This document shows positions 19,904 to 28,962 of a stretch of 64,000 nucleotides of DNA, in pieces. Source of the DNA: a virus. The notes beneath the pieces are model-generated. The model ran no database searches. It was not told the origin of the DNA and saw only the letters and a list, made by a program, of their open reading frames with translations. The DNA is taken from positions 97,222 to 161,221 of IMG/VR virus record IMGVR_UViG_3300028549_001461, one strand, 5' to 3'. Position 1 is the stretch's first letter. Every line of letters starts with the position of its first letter. The translations under genes were made by a program, and so were the position numbers.

Positions 19904-20190
19904 TTAAAAACTTACTAATACACTTGTGTATTTTATTAGTATTGCTAGTCCCTAGTTATTTATCCCCATCTTTTATAAATTTTGATATAGCTACTGACAC
20001 ACATTTAGTGGATACAAGAACACGTACTATTTATAAAATAACTGACATTACAGATGCTACTATATGTATTACTAACGTTTCTTTAAATACTGTACCAGAT
20101 AATTCTAATGTTACAGCCAATCCAATCTCATGCATAAGTGAAGCTTTTATGTTTGATATTATACAGAATGGTATTTTAAAAATTATATGA
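19900..20190 (+). CDS. Hypothetical protein with N-terminal hydrophobic segment
   Basis: ORF track. Confidence 0.5.
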   Translation: MIKNLLIHLCILLVLLVPSYLSPSFINFDIATDTHLVDTRTRTIYKITDITDATICITNVSLNTVPDNSNVTANPISCISEAFMFDIIQNGILKII

Positions 20191-20241
20191 TAATGTAGAT
20201 TGCTATTATAGTAAATTATACAAATAAACTAAGGAGAAGTT

Positions 20242-20538
20242 ATGCAAAGAGGTTGGGAAGTTACTTTAAGTAATGGTGAAGTATTAAATGAAACTATATG
20301 TGAATGGCGTGAAGTACCCAAACTATCTATAAAAAAATTATCTTTGCTCTTTGATAATAGACGTTGGGATCTTTCCGACAAGGCTGCTTATTTTGTTAGA
20401 AATACTGCATCAGTTGTTCCAGGCTCTCAGTCATCCTTTAGGGTAGAAAAGCGTTGCATAGGTTACTACGAGGGAAACAAGAAGATATTTTATTCTGTCA
20501 ATGAACTTACTGGAGAATTCACAATGTTTGTAGAGTGA
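20242..20538 (+). CDS. Hypothetical protein
   Basis: AAGGAGA RBS. Confidence 0.6.
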   Translation: MQRGWEVTLSNGEVLNETICEWREVPKLSIKKLSLLFDNRRWDLSDKAAYFVRNTASVVPGSQSSFRVEKRCIGYYEGNKKIFYSVNELTGEFTMFVE

Positions 20539-20920
20539 ATTTAACTTATATGATTACCATGCTTGACGACATACATAAATTATATTTGTCATACGCCCCT
20601 TTTAATAAATGGTTGGCTGAAGAAGAGCTTGTTGTTAATGGTACATACTTATGTAAGGCACAAGATTTCCATATTGGCACTTGGACAGGAGAATATTTCT
20701 CTTACGTGGTAATTAGTTGCGGGCAAGTTATAAGAAAGAAAGCATATCATTATGATAATAAACTAAATAAAGGTACAGTAAAACCACTAAATATTGTAGA
20801 TTAACTATAATAAATATGTTGCTTTATTTGTAAATATATATTATAATATATTTATAAACACATTAACTAATACAGTTAATACTCATTAAAAAGAATTAAA
20901 AAGAATTAAGGAGAATTACA

Positions 20921-21391
20921 ATGAACAGATATCTAGATGTAGACGCAGAATTAGAAAATACCTTCCAAAATATTTTGGCCAATGACTTTCCTAACCTAGC
21001 CGGAATAACTTTTAAACTTTTATTCGACACAAAAAAAAGAGTAACAAAAGGTAATATTGTTATATCTTCTGTGGAGCTAACTAATGAAAAAGTTAGATTT
21101 CTTACAGCAGATGCACTATCCCCTGAGGGTTACGACTGCTTGCTAATTTTAGATAATCTAGCTTGGCAGTATACTCCAGAATTAGATAAGAAAAGAATCT
21201 TATCACACGAATTAAACCACGTAATGTTAGACGAGAAGGGTAAACTAAAAATTGTAGGACATGATGTAGAAGACTTTGCTAGTGAAATAGCTAAAAATGC
21301 TGATGATCCAAATTGGTCAGTTAAGTTAGCACAAATTACAAGAGCCATTTATGATCAGCAGGAAGACCAACAACAAGAAGAGGTTATGTAA
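20921..21391 (+). CDS. Putative phage metallopeptidase
   Basis: HELNH zinc motif then GHDVEDF; TTGCTT-N17-TATAAT at 20819-20847. Confidence 0.75.
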   Translation: MNRYLDVDAELENTFQNILANDFPNLAGITFKLLFDTKKRVTKGNIVISSVELTNEKVRFLTADALSPEGYDCLLILDNLAWQYTPELDKKRILSHELNHVMLDEKGKLKIVGHDVEDFASEIAKNADDPNWSVKLAQITRAIYDQQEDQQQEEVM

Positions 21392-21392
21392 T

Positions 21393-21647
21393 ATGAAAGC
21401 AAAAGAAAAAAAACAACAAGAAGTATCAGTAGACACTTGGGAATCTGACGTAAGATCTGAAATTAATGCACTTTTAGATAGGCTACTTCCTCCAAGTGTT
21501 TCTGGAAGTATTCAGTTAAAATATAGTGACTTAGTGCTTATTGAGTTAGAGACTGGTACTGAGTATGATAATACAAAAGCCGTAGGAGCACAAGTTATTA
21601 TAAATTTAAATTTTGACAATCCGATAAACAAAAATTTAGTTGTTTAA
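21393..21647 (+). CDS. Hypothetical protein
   Basis: Likely ATG at 21393 right after upstream stop. Confidence 0.55.
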   Translation: MKAKEKKQQEVSVDTWESDVRSEINALLDRLLPPSVSGSIQLKYSDLVLIELETGTEYDNTKAVGAQVIINLNFDNPINKNLVV

Positions 21648-21659
21648 TAGCACCATGTA

Positions 21660-22268
21660 TTGAAAGGGAGTAGTTCTATGCAAACAGCCACTGGTATTTA
21701 TTTTAAAGATGGTGAAATACTTAGTTCCCACGGTGAAGCTAAGGTTTACAATATGAATGATGAACTTTTTCTAGAGGTGGGCCCTGGTCATAACTTATGG
21801 GCCTTAGAAAGTGAATACAAAGACTACATGGAGCAGTTGGGTGATAGACCAAGAGGTAACTGCCTTGAAATTGGTTTAGGTTTAGGTATAGCTTCAAGGT
21901 GTATTCTTACATACCCTAAAGTAGACTACCTAACAACTGTTGAACTTAGATCTGATGTTATAAAAACTCAAAAAGATACTATAGATTTTTTAGACAGAAA
22001 ATCTAATAAGTGGTTAGCTTATAATCCTTTAAAACATTCTATTATTAATGAGGATGGTTTAAAATTTATGATACGTACAAAAGAAAAGTATGATTTTATA
22101 TTTTTGGATTTTTATAAACATATAGACGAAGACACTCTGCCTGTTATACAAGACATGGTAGCAGTGGCAAAAAAGATATGTTTAAAAAGAGAAGGAAAAA
22201 TATTAGGATGGTTCGACCCTCATACAGCAAAAGAATTTACGGAACCGTTTTTTAAGTTGTTTATTTAA
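21660..22268 (+). CDS. Class I SAM-dependent methyltransferase, spermidine-synthase-like
   Basis: LEIGLGLG, TVE, INEDG, YDFIFLD. Confidence 0.75.
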   Translation: MKGSSSMQTATGIYFKDGEILSSHGEAKVYNMNDELFLEVGPGHNLWALESEYKDYMEQLGDRPRGNCLEIGLGLGIASRCILTYPKVDYLTTVELRSDVIKTQKDTIDFLDRKSNKWLAYNPLKHSIINEDGLKFMIRTKEKYDFIFLDFYKHIDEDTLPVIQDMVAVAKKICLKREGKILGWFDPHTAKEFTEPFFKLFI

Positions 22269-22398
22269 ATTTAATTGGTTTTTTAAAATAACCCACTATT
22301 CTTTATGATTAGTGGGTTTTTTAATATTCCTAAATTAACTGACCCTTATTATAATATAGATATTTTTTTATAAAAAAAAATTTACAGGAGATTACTGT

Positions 22399-23019
22399 AT
22401 GAAAACTTTTGGATATTTAACTATCACATCTTGTATACTTTGTCTTTCTTTGGCAGGTTGTGCTGGTAATTACACAGAGTATGCTAAAGCTAAAAAATCA
22501 GAAAACTTAGCTATTCAATTACAAGCCGAGAAGGAAGAAAATAAACGCGAGGCTGTACAAAAGGAGCATGAGAAAAAGGTATTGGCAATGACGGAGAAGC
22601 TTATGACTGCTGTTGCAGCCACACCTGACCCAACAGATAATGTTGTAGCGCCTCTTCTTATATTAGTTTTAGAAGATAAATGGGCGCAGTCGAAAGAGAA
22701 CTCCGCAAGAAATGTAAAGGTTGCAACTACTTCTCCTATAGAACCACCTGAAACACTTGGTGAGACTATACAAAAATCAGGTGCTGTTATTTTAGGTGCT
22801 GGTGGTATATTCTTGGGTATAAGACAGTCTGATAATTTAGCTGATGTAGCTAAAGTTGGTATAGGTAGTGCTGGTACTAAATACACTGCTTCAGAGGGGA
22901 GTGTTATAAATACTGGAAAAATAGAAGAATCTCAAATTAGTGGAGCTAAAACAGAGTCTACAATAGCAGTGGACGACAGTTATAATAGTACGTCTTCAGA
23001 AAGAAACACAAGTAATTAA
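22399..23019 (+). CDS. Putative lipoprotein with coiled coil
   Basis: LAGC lipobox. Confidence 0.6.
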   Translation: MKTFGYLTITSCILCLSLAGCAGNYTEYAKAKKSENLAIQLQAEKEENKREAVQKEHEKKVLAMTEKLMTAVAATPDPTDNVVAPLLILVLEDKWAQSKENSARNVKVATTSPIEPPETLGETIQKSGAVILGAGGIFLGIRQSDNLADVAKVGIGSAGTKYTASEGSVINTGKIEESQISGAKTESTIAVDDSYNSTSSERNTSN

Positions 23020-23035
23020 AGTATAGGTATTTAAT

Positions 23036-23581
23036 ATGAAAAAATTATTTATTTATTTATTATTAAGTTCTTTTATACTTATTGGTTGTGGTAAATTACC
23101 ACCTATTTATAGTTACAATGTTGCTTCATTATCTTCAACAGTCCTTTCTATTACCTCAGCTCAAGCTAAAGTTAAATATATATTAGAATTCAAACAAGCG
23201 GAAACTAAAATATTTAGTGACGAGGAATGGTCCGCTTTAACAGATGTAGATGCCACTATAAATTTAATTGTGTTAAAATATAACACTTTAATTAGAGCTG
23301 ATTTGGAAGACACAGACCTTTACGAAATGGTACTACTGTGGGATGTGGTTAAACTAAGTTATTCAAAAGCTCGTCAAGTTATTCTAAATCATTATTCTCA
23401 GTTTGACACTTCTTCTAAAATGCTTCTAAAAAGTTTCGATGACGAGGCTTTGAAAGTTTCAAGTAAAATAGACTTACTCATGGTAGATCCCACAGACGAA
23501 AATATAAAAGAATCAATTGGCTTGGTACTTGATGTTATGAATTTAGCCATTAAATTAATTAGTGTAGCTATATTGCTATAA
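23036..23581 (+). CDS. Putative lipoprotein
   Basis: MKKLF...LIGC lipobox. Confidence 0.6.
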   Translation: MKKLFIYLLLSSFILIGCGKLPPIYSYNVASLSSTVLSITSAQAKVKYILEFKQAETKIFSDEEWSALTDVDATINLIVLKYNTLIRADLEDTDLYEMVLLWDVVKLSYSKARQVILNHYSQFDTSSKMLLKSFDDEALKVSSKIDLLMVDPTDENIKESIGLVLDVMNLAIKLISVAILL

Positions 23582-23593
23582 AGGAGATGTATT

Positions 23594-23899
23594 ATGATTA
23601 AGCCCTCATATAAATCACTTGAAGGTCAATCTTTGGGTGGTGTTTTACTTGGAGGATTATTTCTTTTGTACGAAGTTTTGTCTGATGGTAATGCGAAACT
23701 TCCACCGGCAGAAGATCTTATTAACTATGCAAATTCTGCTAAAGAAATGGCGGATGCTATAAGAGCCTCTGGTACTTTAGATGTGGCATCCTTATCAAAT
23801 ATGGGTAAGACAGGTTTAATTTTAGTTTTTATGTATAAAATGTACGATAAATTTGTAGACGCAAGGACAGAATTAAAGAAGAAAGCGTTGGAAAAATGA
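23594..23899 (+). CDS. Small membrane protein, holin-like
   Basis: Two hydrophobic segments, basic C-terminus. Confidence 0.4.
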   Translation: MIKPSYKSLEGQSLGGVLLGGLFLLYEVLSDGNAKLPPAEDLINYANSAKEMADAIRASGTLDVASLSNMGKTGLILVFMYKMYDKFVDARTELKKKALEK

Positions 23900-24057
23900 A
23901 AATAGTTGCTTTTTTAATTTGTTTATTTTTGGGACACATATTTTTTGTTTGTAGTTGTTCTCAAGTATCTTACAATTATACACCATTTAAAACAGGTTCA
24001 GAGGTTGCTCCTCCCAAGGCCTGTATAGATGGTAAAATAAATGGTGTAGATTGTTAG
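23896..24057 (+). CDS. Small secreted/lipoprotein, 53 aa, not in ORF track
   Basis: MKIVAFLICLFLGHIFFVCSCSQ...GSEVAPPKACIDGKINGVDC; ATGA overlap with upstream stop. Confidence 0.55.
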   Translation: MKIVAFLICLFLGHIFFVCSCSQVSYNYTPFKTGSEVAPPKACIDGKINGVDC

Positions 24058-24488
24058 ATATGCTACCAGAAGACTTAGATAAATTAACTAAAGAAGAACG
24101 AATAGATTTGTATGATAAATTAACAGTTATTTTTAAAAAAACCTTAAACAGATTTAAGTATGTACCAGATATAGTATTATGGGATGTGCTGGACCACTGG
24201 GAAACTTATAAACAAATTCCAGACAGTGGTATTATAGAGGGAGATTGTGACTGTTTTGCTTTAGCTTGTAGAAAAGAATGTCACTTTTTAAATATACCTT
24301 CTAGATTATTATTTTGTACTGTGTTTATGAATAATAGACGTTCGGGGCATTTGGTTTTAGAGTGTGCAGGTTTTATTCTTGATTGTAGACAGAAAGAAGT
24401 TGTTGTTAATAACCAACTAACTGATTATTTATGGGTCTCTATTTCTGGATATAATACTGGGGATCCTTGGTGTAGGGTTTATTTATAA
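24051..24488 (+). CDS. Transglutaminase-like cysteine peptidase (BTLCP/LapG-like)
   Basis: FKYVPD...DHW, GDCDCFAL, GHLVL, ILD (Cys-His-Asp triad). Confidence 0.75.
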   Translation: MLDMLPEDLDKLTKEERIDLYDKLTVIFKKTLNRFKYVPDIVLWDVLDHWETYKQIPDSGIIEGDCDCFALACRKECHFLNIPSRLLFCTVFMNNRRSGHLVLECAGFILDCRQKEVVVNNQLTDYLWVSISGYNTGDPWCRVYL

Positions 24489-24701
24489 CTTATAATTAAT
24501 AAAAACTTTAGAGGTATTAAAATGGATATAGAAAATATGTTATTAAGTTGTTTGAAAGCGGTTAATATAGGGTCAATTTTTTTTATATCCCTTTTGCTAT
24601 TAAACAAAGTTTATCGTAGACTTTCAGGTAGTACTGATAATATAAACCACAAACGTAGGATTTACGATATTTAGTAAATTCGTTTAAAGAGGAAAAAGTC
24701 T

Positions 24702-25223
24702 ATGTGTAGTTTATTTTTTAAAAAAGACATAACTATTTCTAATTACCCAATACGTATGCCTTCTTTTAGTCCTGTACGTATACCTACTAAAGGTTTACCT
24801 TGGTGGCAAAAAATAAAACAAGAATTTAGTAGACGTATGTGGGTTATAGACCATGATTACTTTCTTTATATTCCTTGGCTTAATGAAACAATTTTCATAC
24901 CTAAAGGATTCGTTTTTGACGGTGCGTCTGTGCCTAGAGTTTTTTGGCCTATATTAGATCCTGTAGGTATTTTACTTATAGGTAGTATTTTTCATGATTT
25001 TAGTTATGTTTATGGCTACCTGTTGAATTGTGCTGGTGATAAAGTTTTTGTTAACAAGCCCCAATCTTTTTACGACCAACTACTACGAGATATTACTGTA
25101 TATGTCAATGATACTTATCTTTTAAATGATATAGCTTACATTGTTTTAAGACTTTTTGGGCGTTTTGCCTGGAATAGAAGTAGAAAAATACCTAGCAATG
25201 CTATAGAAGATTTACTTGTCTAA
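24702..25223 (+). CDS. DUF1353 family protein
   Basis: IPKGFVFDGASVPR and HDFSY motifs. Confidence 0.8.
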   Translation: MCSLFFKKDITISNYPIRMPSFSPVRIPTKGLPWWQKIKQEFSRRMWVIDHDYFLYIPWLNETIFIPKGFVFDGASVPRVFWPILDPVGILLIGSIFHDFSYVYGYLLNCAGDKVFVNKPQSFYDQLLRDITVYVNDTYLLNDIAYIVLRLFGRFAWNRSRKIPSNAIEDLLV

Positions 25224-25439
25224 CGTGCTGGTTAAAGAGGAGTTATGCAACAATTAAAACAAATAACAAATTATGTATTTACTGAAGATGATCTTGACTC
25301 TTGCTGGCCTCACTACAAAGCATATTTAGTGGAAATCCTTAACGGAGAATATACTTTGGATGCTGCTAAAGAGGACCTCATCAGTTTGATTGGTAGTAAA
25401 TACGACAGTCGCACATAACTATTTAATAGAGGAAAAACA

Positions 25440-26324
25440 ATGGCTAACTTTAGTGCAGTACTAGTAGGAATAAATAAGTACAATAGTGCTCCTCTGCGTG
25501 GATGCGTTAATGACGTTATAATAATGCGTGATATCCTTGTTAAGATTTATGGTGTTCCAGCGCATCAAATACGTTTGGTCCTTGATGAAAGAGCTACAAA
25601 AGAAAACATACTTGAAAGATTAGAGTGGTTAATAACTAATGACGCAGAAAATAAATTATTTTATTACTCTGGTCATGGTGCTCAGATCCCAGTACAGAAT
25701 TACTCTACAGACAATTACGAACCAGACTCTATGGATGAATTGATTTGTCCTGTAGATTTTGATTGGGATGGTACTTATATATTAGATAACCATATTGAAT
25801 TACTTGTACGTAAATTAAAGATAGGGCACCACATGTCTATGGTAATTGATGCTTGCCATAGCGGTTCAATAGACAGGGCACACAGCGATGGGGATTTACG
25901 AATAAAAAAGATAGACACACCATTAGATTTAATGTCCCGACTTTCAGGAATATCTTTGTCTAATGATATTTTTGAGGATAAGCTAATGTCTAATATTAAA
26001 AATGAAGATGATAGATTTTTTCTGGATAACCTTTTTCCACAAGATGATTGTATTCCGATAAATACTCCTTCATATAGTAAACATAATATATCTATTATTA
26101 CTGGATGTAAGGATGACCAGACTTCTGCAGATGCTTATTTCACTAATAGATATCAAGGTGCTTTGTCTTTTGTTATGCAAAGTATTCTTCTAAAAAATCC
26201 TAAAATAGATCTGAAGTCATTAAGGGATCGGTGTGAAGAAATTTTAAAGAACCGTCGTTTTGAACAAACTCCACAGGTAATTAGTAGCGAAGATAATATT
26301 GTAAAACCTTTTATACAACTGTAG
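25440..26324 (+). CDS. Metacaspase (peptidase C14)
   Basis: VGINKY, LRGCVND, YYSGHG, DACHSG, GCKDDQTSAD, GALS, QTPQ. Confidence 0.9.
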   Translation: MANFSAVLVGINKYNSAPLRGCVNDVIIMRDILVKIYGVPAHQIRLVLDERATKENILERLEWLITNDAENKLFYYSGHGAQIPVQNYSTDNYEPDSMDELICPVDFDWDGTYILDNHIELLVRKLKIGHHMSMVIDACHSGSIDRAHSDGDLRIKKIDTPLDLMSRLSGISLSNDIFEDKLMSNIKNEDDRFFLDNLFPQDDCIPINTPSYSKHNISIITGCKDDQTSADAYFTNRYQGALSFVMQSILLKNPKIDLKSLRDRCEEILKNRRFEQTPQVISSEDNIVKPFIQL

Positions 26325-26334
26325 CAGTATAAAG

Positions 26335-26565
26335 ATGAAATGTTTAATATACGCAATAAATAAGTTTAAATCTGACGGGGGTTACATAGTTATAAGACGT
26401 TGCAGAGTTTTTAAATATTTATGGTTGCCTCATTTTTTACATGCAGAAAGAATAGAGGGTGTTACACATATGGGAGGTAAGGTCCCTCCAGGAAAATGGT
26501 GGCAAGAGCTTTGGTGGTTAGTTACAGGTCAAAATTACGTAATGAAATATGATGATGACTTATAA
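26335..26565 (+). CDS. Hypothetical protein
   Basis: ORF track. Confidence 0.5.
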   Translation: MKCLIYAINKFKSDGGYIVIRRCRVFKYLWLPHFLHAERIEGVTHMGGKVPPGKWWQELWWLVTGQNYVMKYDDDL

Positions 26566-26640
26566 TTTATTTTGTTGCATTTATAAAAAATAGTTAGTAT
26601 AATTATATTAACAAAATAAAAATCAACCAAAGAGGTTATA

Positions 26641-26859
26641 ATGCATCTACAGATTTATAAAAATGATATATTAGCGATACTTGGTTTTTTACTCTTACTT
26701 TTTTCTTTGCGAGGTCTGCTTACTATGGGTTATGTATATGAGTTAAACAAAGCAAAACTTCCTGTCGCAGATAAAGAAAAAATTGTTTTAAACAATACGG
26801 CGTATACTGTATTATCACTGTTTGTGTTTATTATTGCTATTAAATTTACTTTTAATTAA
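26641..26859 (+). CDS. Small two-TM membrane protein
   Basis: Hydrophobic segments; TTGCAT-N17-TATAAT at 26575-26603. Confidence 0.55.
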   Translation: MHLQIYKNDILAILGFLLLLFSLRGLLTMGYVYELNKAKLPVADKEKIVLNNTAYTVLSLFVFIIAIKFTFN

Positions 26860-27017
26860 CTAACCTAAAATAAGTATATAAACATATTTTATTAAAAATA
26901 ATTTAAGGATAACGACAATGAATAAGAACTACTCCAAAGGCTTTATTAGTTATAAAGAGGAAAAATCCTCAATGGGGTGGTTTATCTAGTCGTTAGAAAC
27001 TAAATTTTTGTAAGTTT

Positions 27018-27053
27018 AAGGCGACTAGGGGGAAACTCTAAGTCGCCTTTTTT
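27018..27053 (+). terminator. Intrinsic terminator ahead of tRNA cluster, with alternative antiterminator pairing
   Basis: AAGGCGACT...AGTCGCCTT followed by a T run. Confidence 0.7.
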
Positions 27054-27055
27054 AT

Positions 27056-27128
27056 TGGTGGGTATTTCAGGTGGTAGAAAATCAGTCTCATAAGCTGAAA
27101 GTCGTCGGTTCGACTCCGTACTCACCAA
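27056..27128 (+). tRNA. tRNA with CAU anticodon (Met or Ile2)
   Basis: TGGTGGG/CTCACCA acceptor, TTTC/GAAA D stem, TCAGT-CTCATAA-GCTGA; weak T stem. Confidence 0.75.
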
Positions 27129-27137
27129 AATAATTAA

Positions 27138-27209
27138 GGCTTTGTAACTCAGAGGTAGAGTGCTTCCCTGAAGAGGAAGAGGTCGATAACTCAAAATTAT
27201 CCAAAGCCG
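27138..27209 (+). tRNA. tRNA-Phe(GAA)
   Basis: GGCTTTG/CAAAGCC, CTTCC-CTGAAGA-GGAAG; atypical T loop CTCAAAA. Confidence 0.8.
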
Positions 27210-27218
27210 TATAGTTAA

Positions 27219-27291
27219 TGACCCATAGCTTAGTTGGTAGAGCAAGGAGCTTTTAACTCCGAGGTCGAGAGTTCAAATCTCTCTGGGTCAA
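27219..27291 (+). tRNA. tRNA-Lys(UUU)
   Basis: TGACCCA/TGGGTCA, GGAG-CTTTTAA-CTCC, GAGAG-TTCAAAT-CTCTC. Confidence 0.88.
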
Positions 27292-27294
27292 AAT

Positions 27295-27407
27295 ATGTAG
27301 TCGAGCCATTGCTGATAAGCGGTTTCCGCAGAGTACGAATGCAAGAAAAAGAATGTGCTTGGAGTAAACTATAGCGGGATTAAAGAGACTGTGTCCGCCC
27401 ACTACAT
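27295..27407 (+). ncRNA. Candidate unclassified structured RNA inside tRNA cluster
   Basis: Closing stem ATGTAGT/ACTACAT with internal GC-rich hairpins; no tRNA anticodon or T arm. Confidence 0.4.
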
Positions 27408-27441
27408 TTTTATTGCTTTTTGTTTTTGTATATGTTATAAT

Positions 27442-27514
27442 GATGCCATAGTATAATGGTTAGTACACAAGACTTTCAATCTTGTAACGGAGGGTTCAAC
27501 TCCCCCTGGCACCA
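27442..27514 (+). tRNA. tRNA-Glu(UUC)
   Basis: CAAGA-CTTTCAA-TCTTG, GGG-TTCAACT-CCC, TGCCA/TGGCA acceptor. Confidence 0.8.
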
Positions 27515-27519
27515 AATAA

Positions 27520-27605
27520 GGAGAATGTCAATAAGGTAAGCTGGGCTTACGGCGGACTGTAAATCCGCTCCCACAGGGCAAGTGGTTCGATTCCATCATT
27601 CTCCA
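27520..27605 (+). tRNA. tRNA-Tyr(GUA), non-canonical fold
   Basis: GCGGA-CTGTAAA-TCCGC; GGAGAATG/CATTCTCC acceptor; GTAAGC-TGG-GCTTAC D arm. Confidence 0.75.
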
Positions 27606-27614
27606 CACTTTAAA

Positions 27615-27700
27615 GGAAAGCGTCCGGCTGGACGAGGAGCCTGTCTTGAAAACAGGTAGCGGCTTAAAAACCGTTTGGGGTTCGAGTCCCTAGCTTTCCG
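27615..27700 (+). tRNA. tRNA-Ser(UGA)
   Basis: GGAAAGC/GCTTTCC, CCTGT-CTTGAAA-ACAGG, long V arm, G73. Confidence 0.85.
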
Positions 27701-27703
27701 AAT

Positions 27704-27782
27704 GCGGGTAGATAAGCACTGGGTGCTAAGGGACCTTCCAAGTCTCGGTCTTTGACGTGGAGTTCGATTCTCCCTACCCGCT
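27704..27782 (+). tRNA. tRNA-Gly(UCC), non-canonical fold with V arm
   Basis: GCGGGTAG/CTACCCGC, GGGAC-CTTCCAA-GTCTC, U73. Confidence 0.75.
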
Positions 27783-27808
27783 AATACTAAGCAAAACACG
27801 GAGGTTTA

Positions 27809-28246
27809 ATGAAGAAATTATTATTAACAACTTTTGTTTTATTTGCGTCTTACACCTCATGCATTGCCGCAGATAAAAATTATGGTACATTTACTGGAGT
27901 TACCGTACTAAGTAACTACGATGGTGATACCCTTACAGTGAATATACCAGGAGTACCAGATATTATTGGTGATGCTATGTCTATTAGAGTAGCCGGAATT
28001 GACACTCCAGAAATGCGGGGAAAATGCGATAAAGAAAAAATGTTAGCCGAAGCCGCTAAAGAAGAGGTGCATATCATTGTAAGAGATTACCCAGTTGTAA
28101 CATTAAATAATATGCGTAGAGATAAATACTTCAGAATTTTAGCTGATGTCGAAACTATTAAAGGAGACCTTGCTACTATTTTACTTGACAAAGGTTTAGC
28201 AATAAGATATAATGGAGGCACAAAGGAACAAGAGTGGTGTGAATAA
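27809..28246 (+). CDS. Thermonuclease (SNase) family protein with signal peptide
   Basis: YDGDT, IRVAGIDTPE, DKYFRILA. Confidence 0.88.
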   Translation: MKKLLLTTFVLFASYTSCIAADKNYGTFTGVTVLSNYDGDTLTVNIPGVPDIIGDAMSIRVAGIDTPEMRGKCDKEKMLAEAAKEEVHIIVRDYPVVTLNNMRRDKYFRILADVETIKGDLATILLDKGLAIRYNGGTKEQEWCE

Positions 28247-28356
28247 TGTTAATTATATTTTAAAGGCAATTATATTTATTTTAATTATATTGCAAATAGT
28301 ACATAGTAGTTGAAGTAGTCAATTAAGACTAGTATTTTTAATTAAAGGAGTTCACT

Positions 28357-28962
28357 ATGTTCGAACAATTGGGTATTACACGTAATGATGTATTCGCAGC
28401 GGCTAACACAAGAGAAGTAATTAAAACAGCTATAGTTAATAACAGAGATTCTCTACTAGGTATAGATGATGTTTCTTACTTTTTTGCTATTTTAAAGGCA
28501 TATACTCCTTCACAAATGTACGGAGTGCTAACACCTCAATATATAGCACATAAATTAGGTAATTTGAAAGCTATAACCAGTAAAGATAATCTTGATGGGG
28601 ACTTTAAAATCCGCAACACTAATACAACTGTTGAAATGAAGACCACTTTTCTTAGCATTGACAACACGTATAATCTTGTACAAGTAAGATTGTACGAAGA
28701 CATTGATTTATTTTTCGTATGTGCTGTTGATAAATCTTATAATTTAAGTATGTTTGTTTTGACCAAAGCTCAGATGCAGCAAGAAGTTTCCTTATTGGGG
28801 TCTTCCGCTCATGTAAGTAGTAAATATATACTGGCTAATGTTAATATAGAATATCGTATCACATTACATACAAATAACTCTCATTGGTTACGTTGGATTA
28901 ATACATACAGATTTGAAACTTTTGATTGTGTGAGGAATAAATTTGATAACTTTACAAAATAA
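28357..28962 (+). CDS. Putative restriction endonuclease-like protein
   Basis: DGD...VEMKT, LVQVR; overlaps following MTase. Confidence 0.5.
   Translation: MFEQLGITRNDVFAAANTREVIKTAIVNNRDSLLGIDDVSYFFAILKAYTPSQMYGVLTPQYIAHKLGNLKAITSKDNLDGDFKIRNTNTTVEMKTTFLSIDNTYNLVQVRLYEDIDLFFVCAVDKSYNLSMFVLTKAQMQQEVSLLGSSAHVSSKYILANVNIEYRITLHTNNSHWLRWINTYRFETFDCVRNKFDNFTK

Noticed and set aside
27317-27345. Hammerhead ribozyme (CTGATAA + hairpin)
   Set aside because: Core should be CUGANGA...GAAA; both G8 and GAAA are missing.
27413-27441. Consensus promoter TTGCTT-N17-TATAAT before tRNA-Glu
   Set aside because: Predicted start would fall inside the tRNA acceptor stem, so it is not listed as a feature.
27000-27799. 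Minus-strand ORFs 27000..27245 and 27596..27799
   Set aside because: Antisense shadows of tRNA genes.
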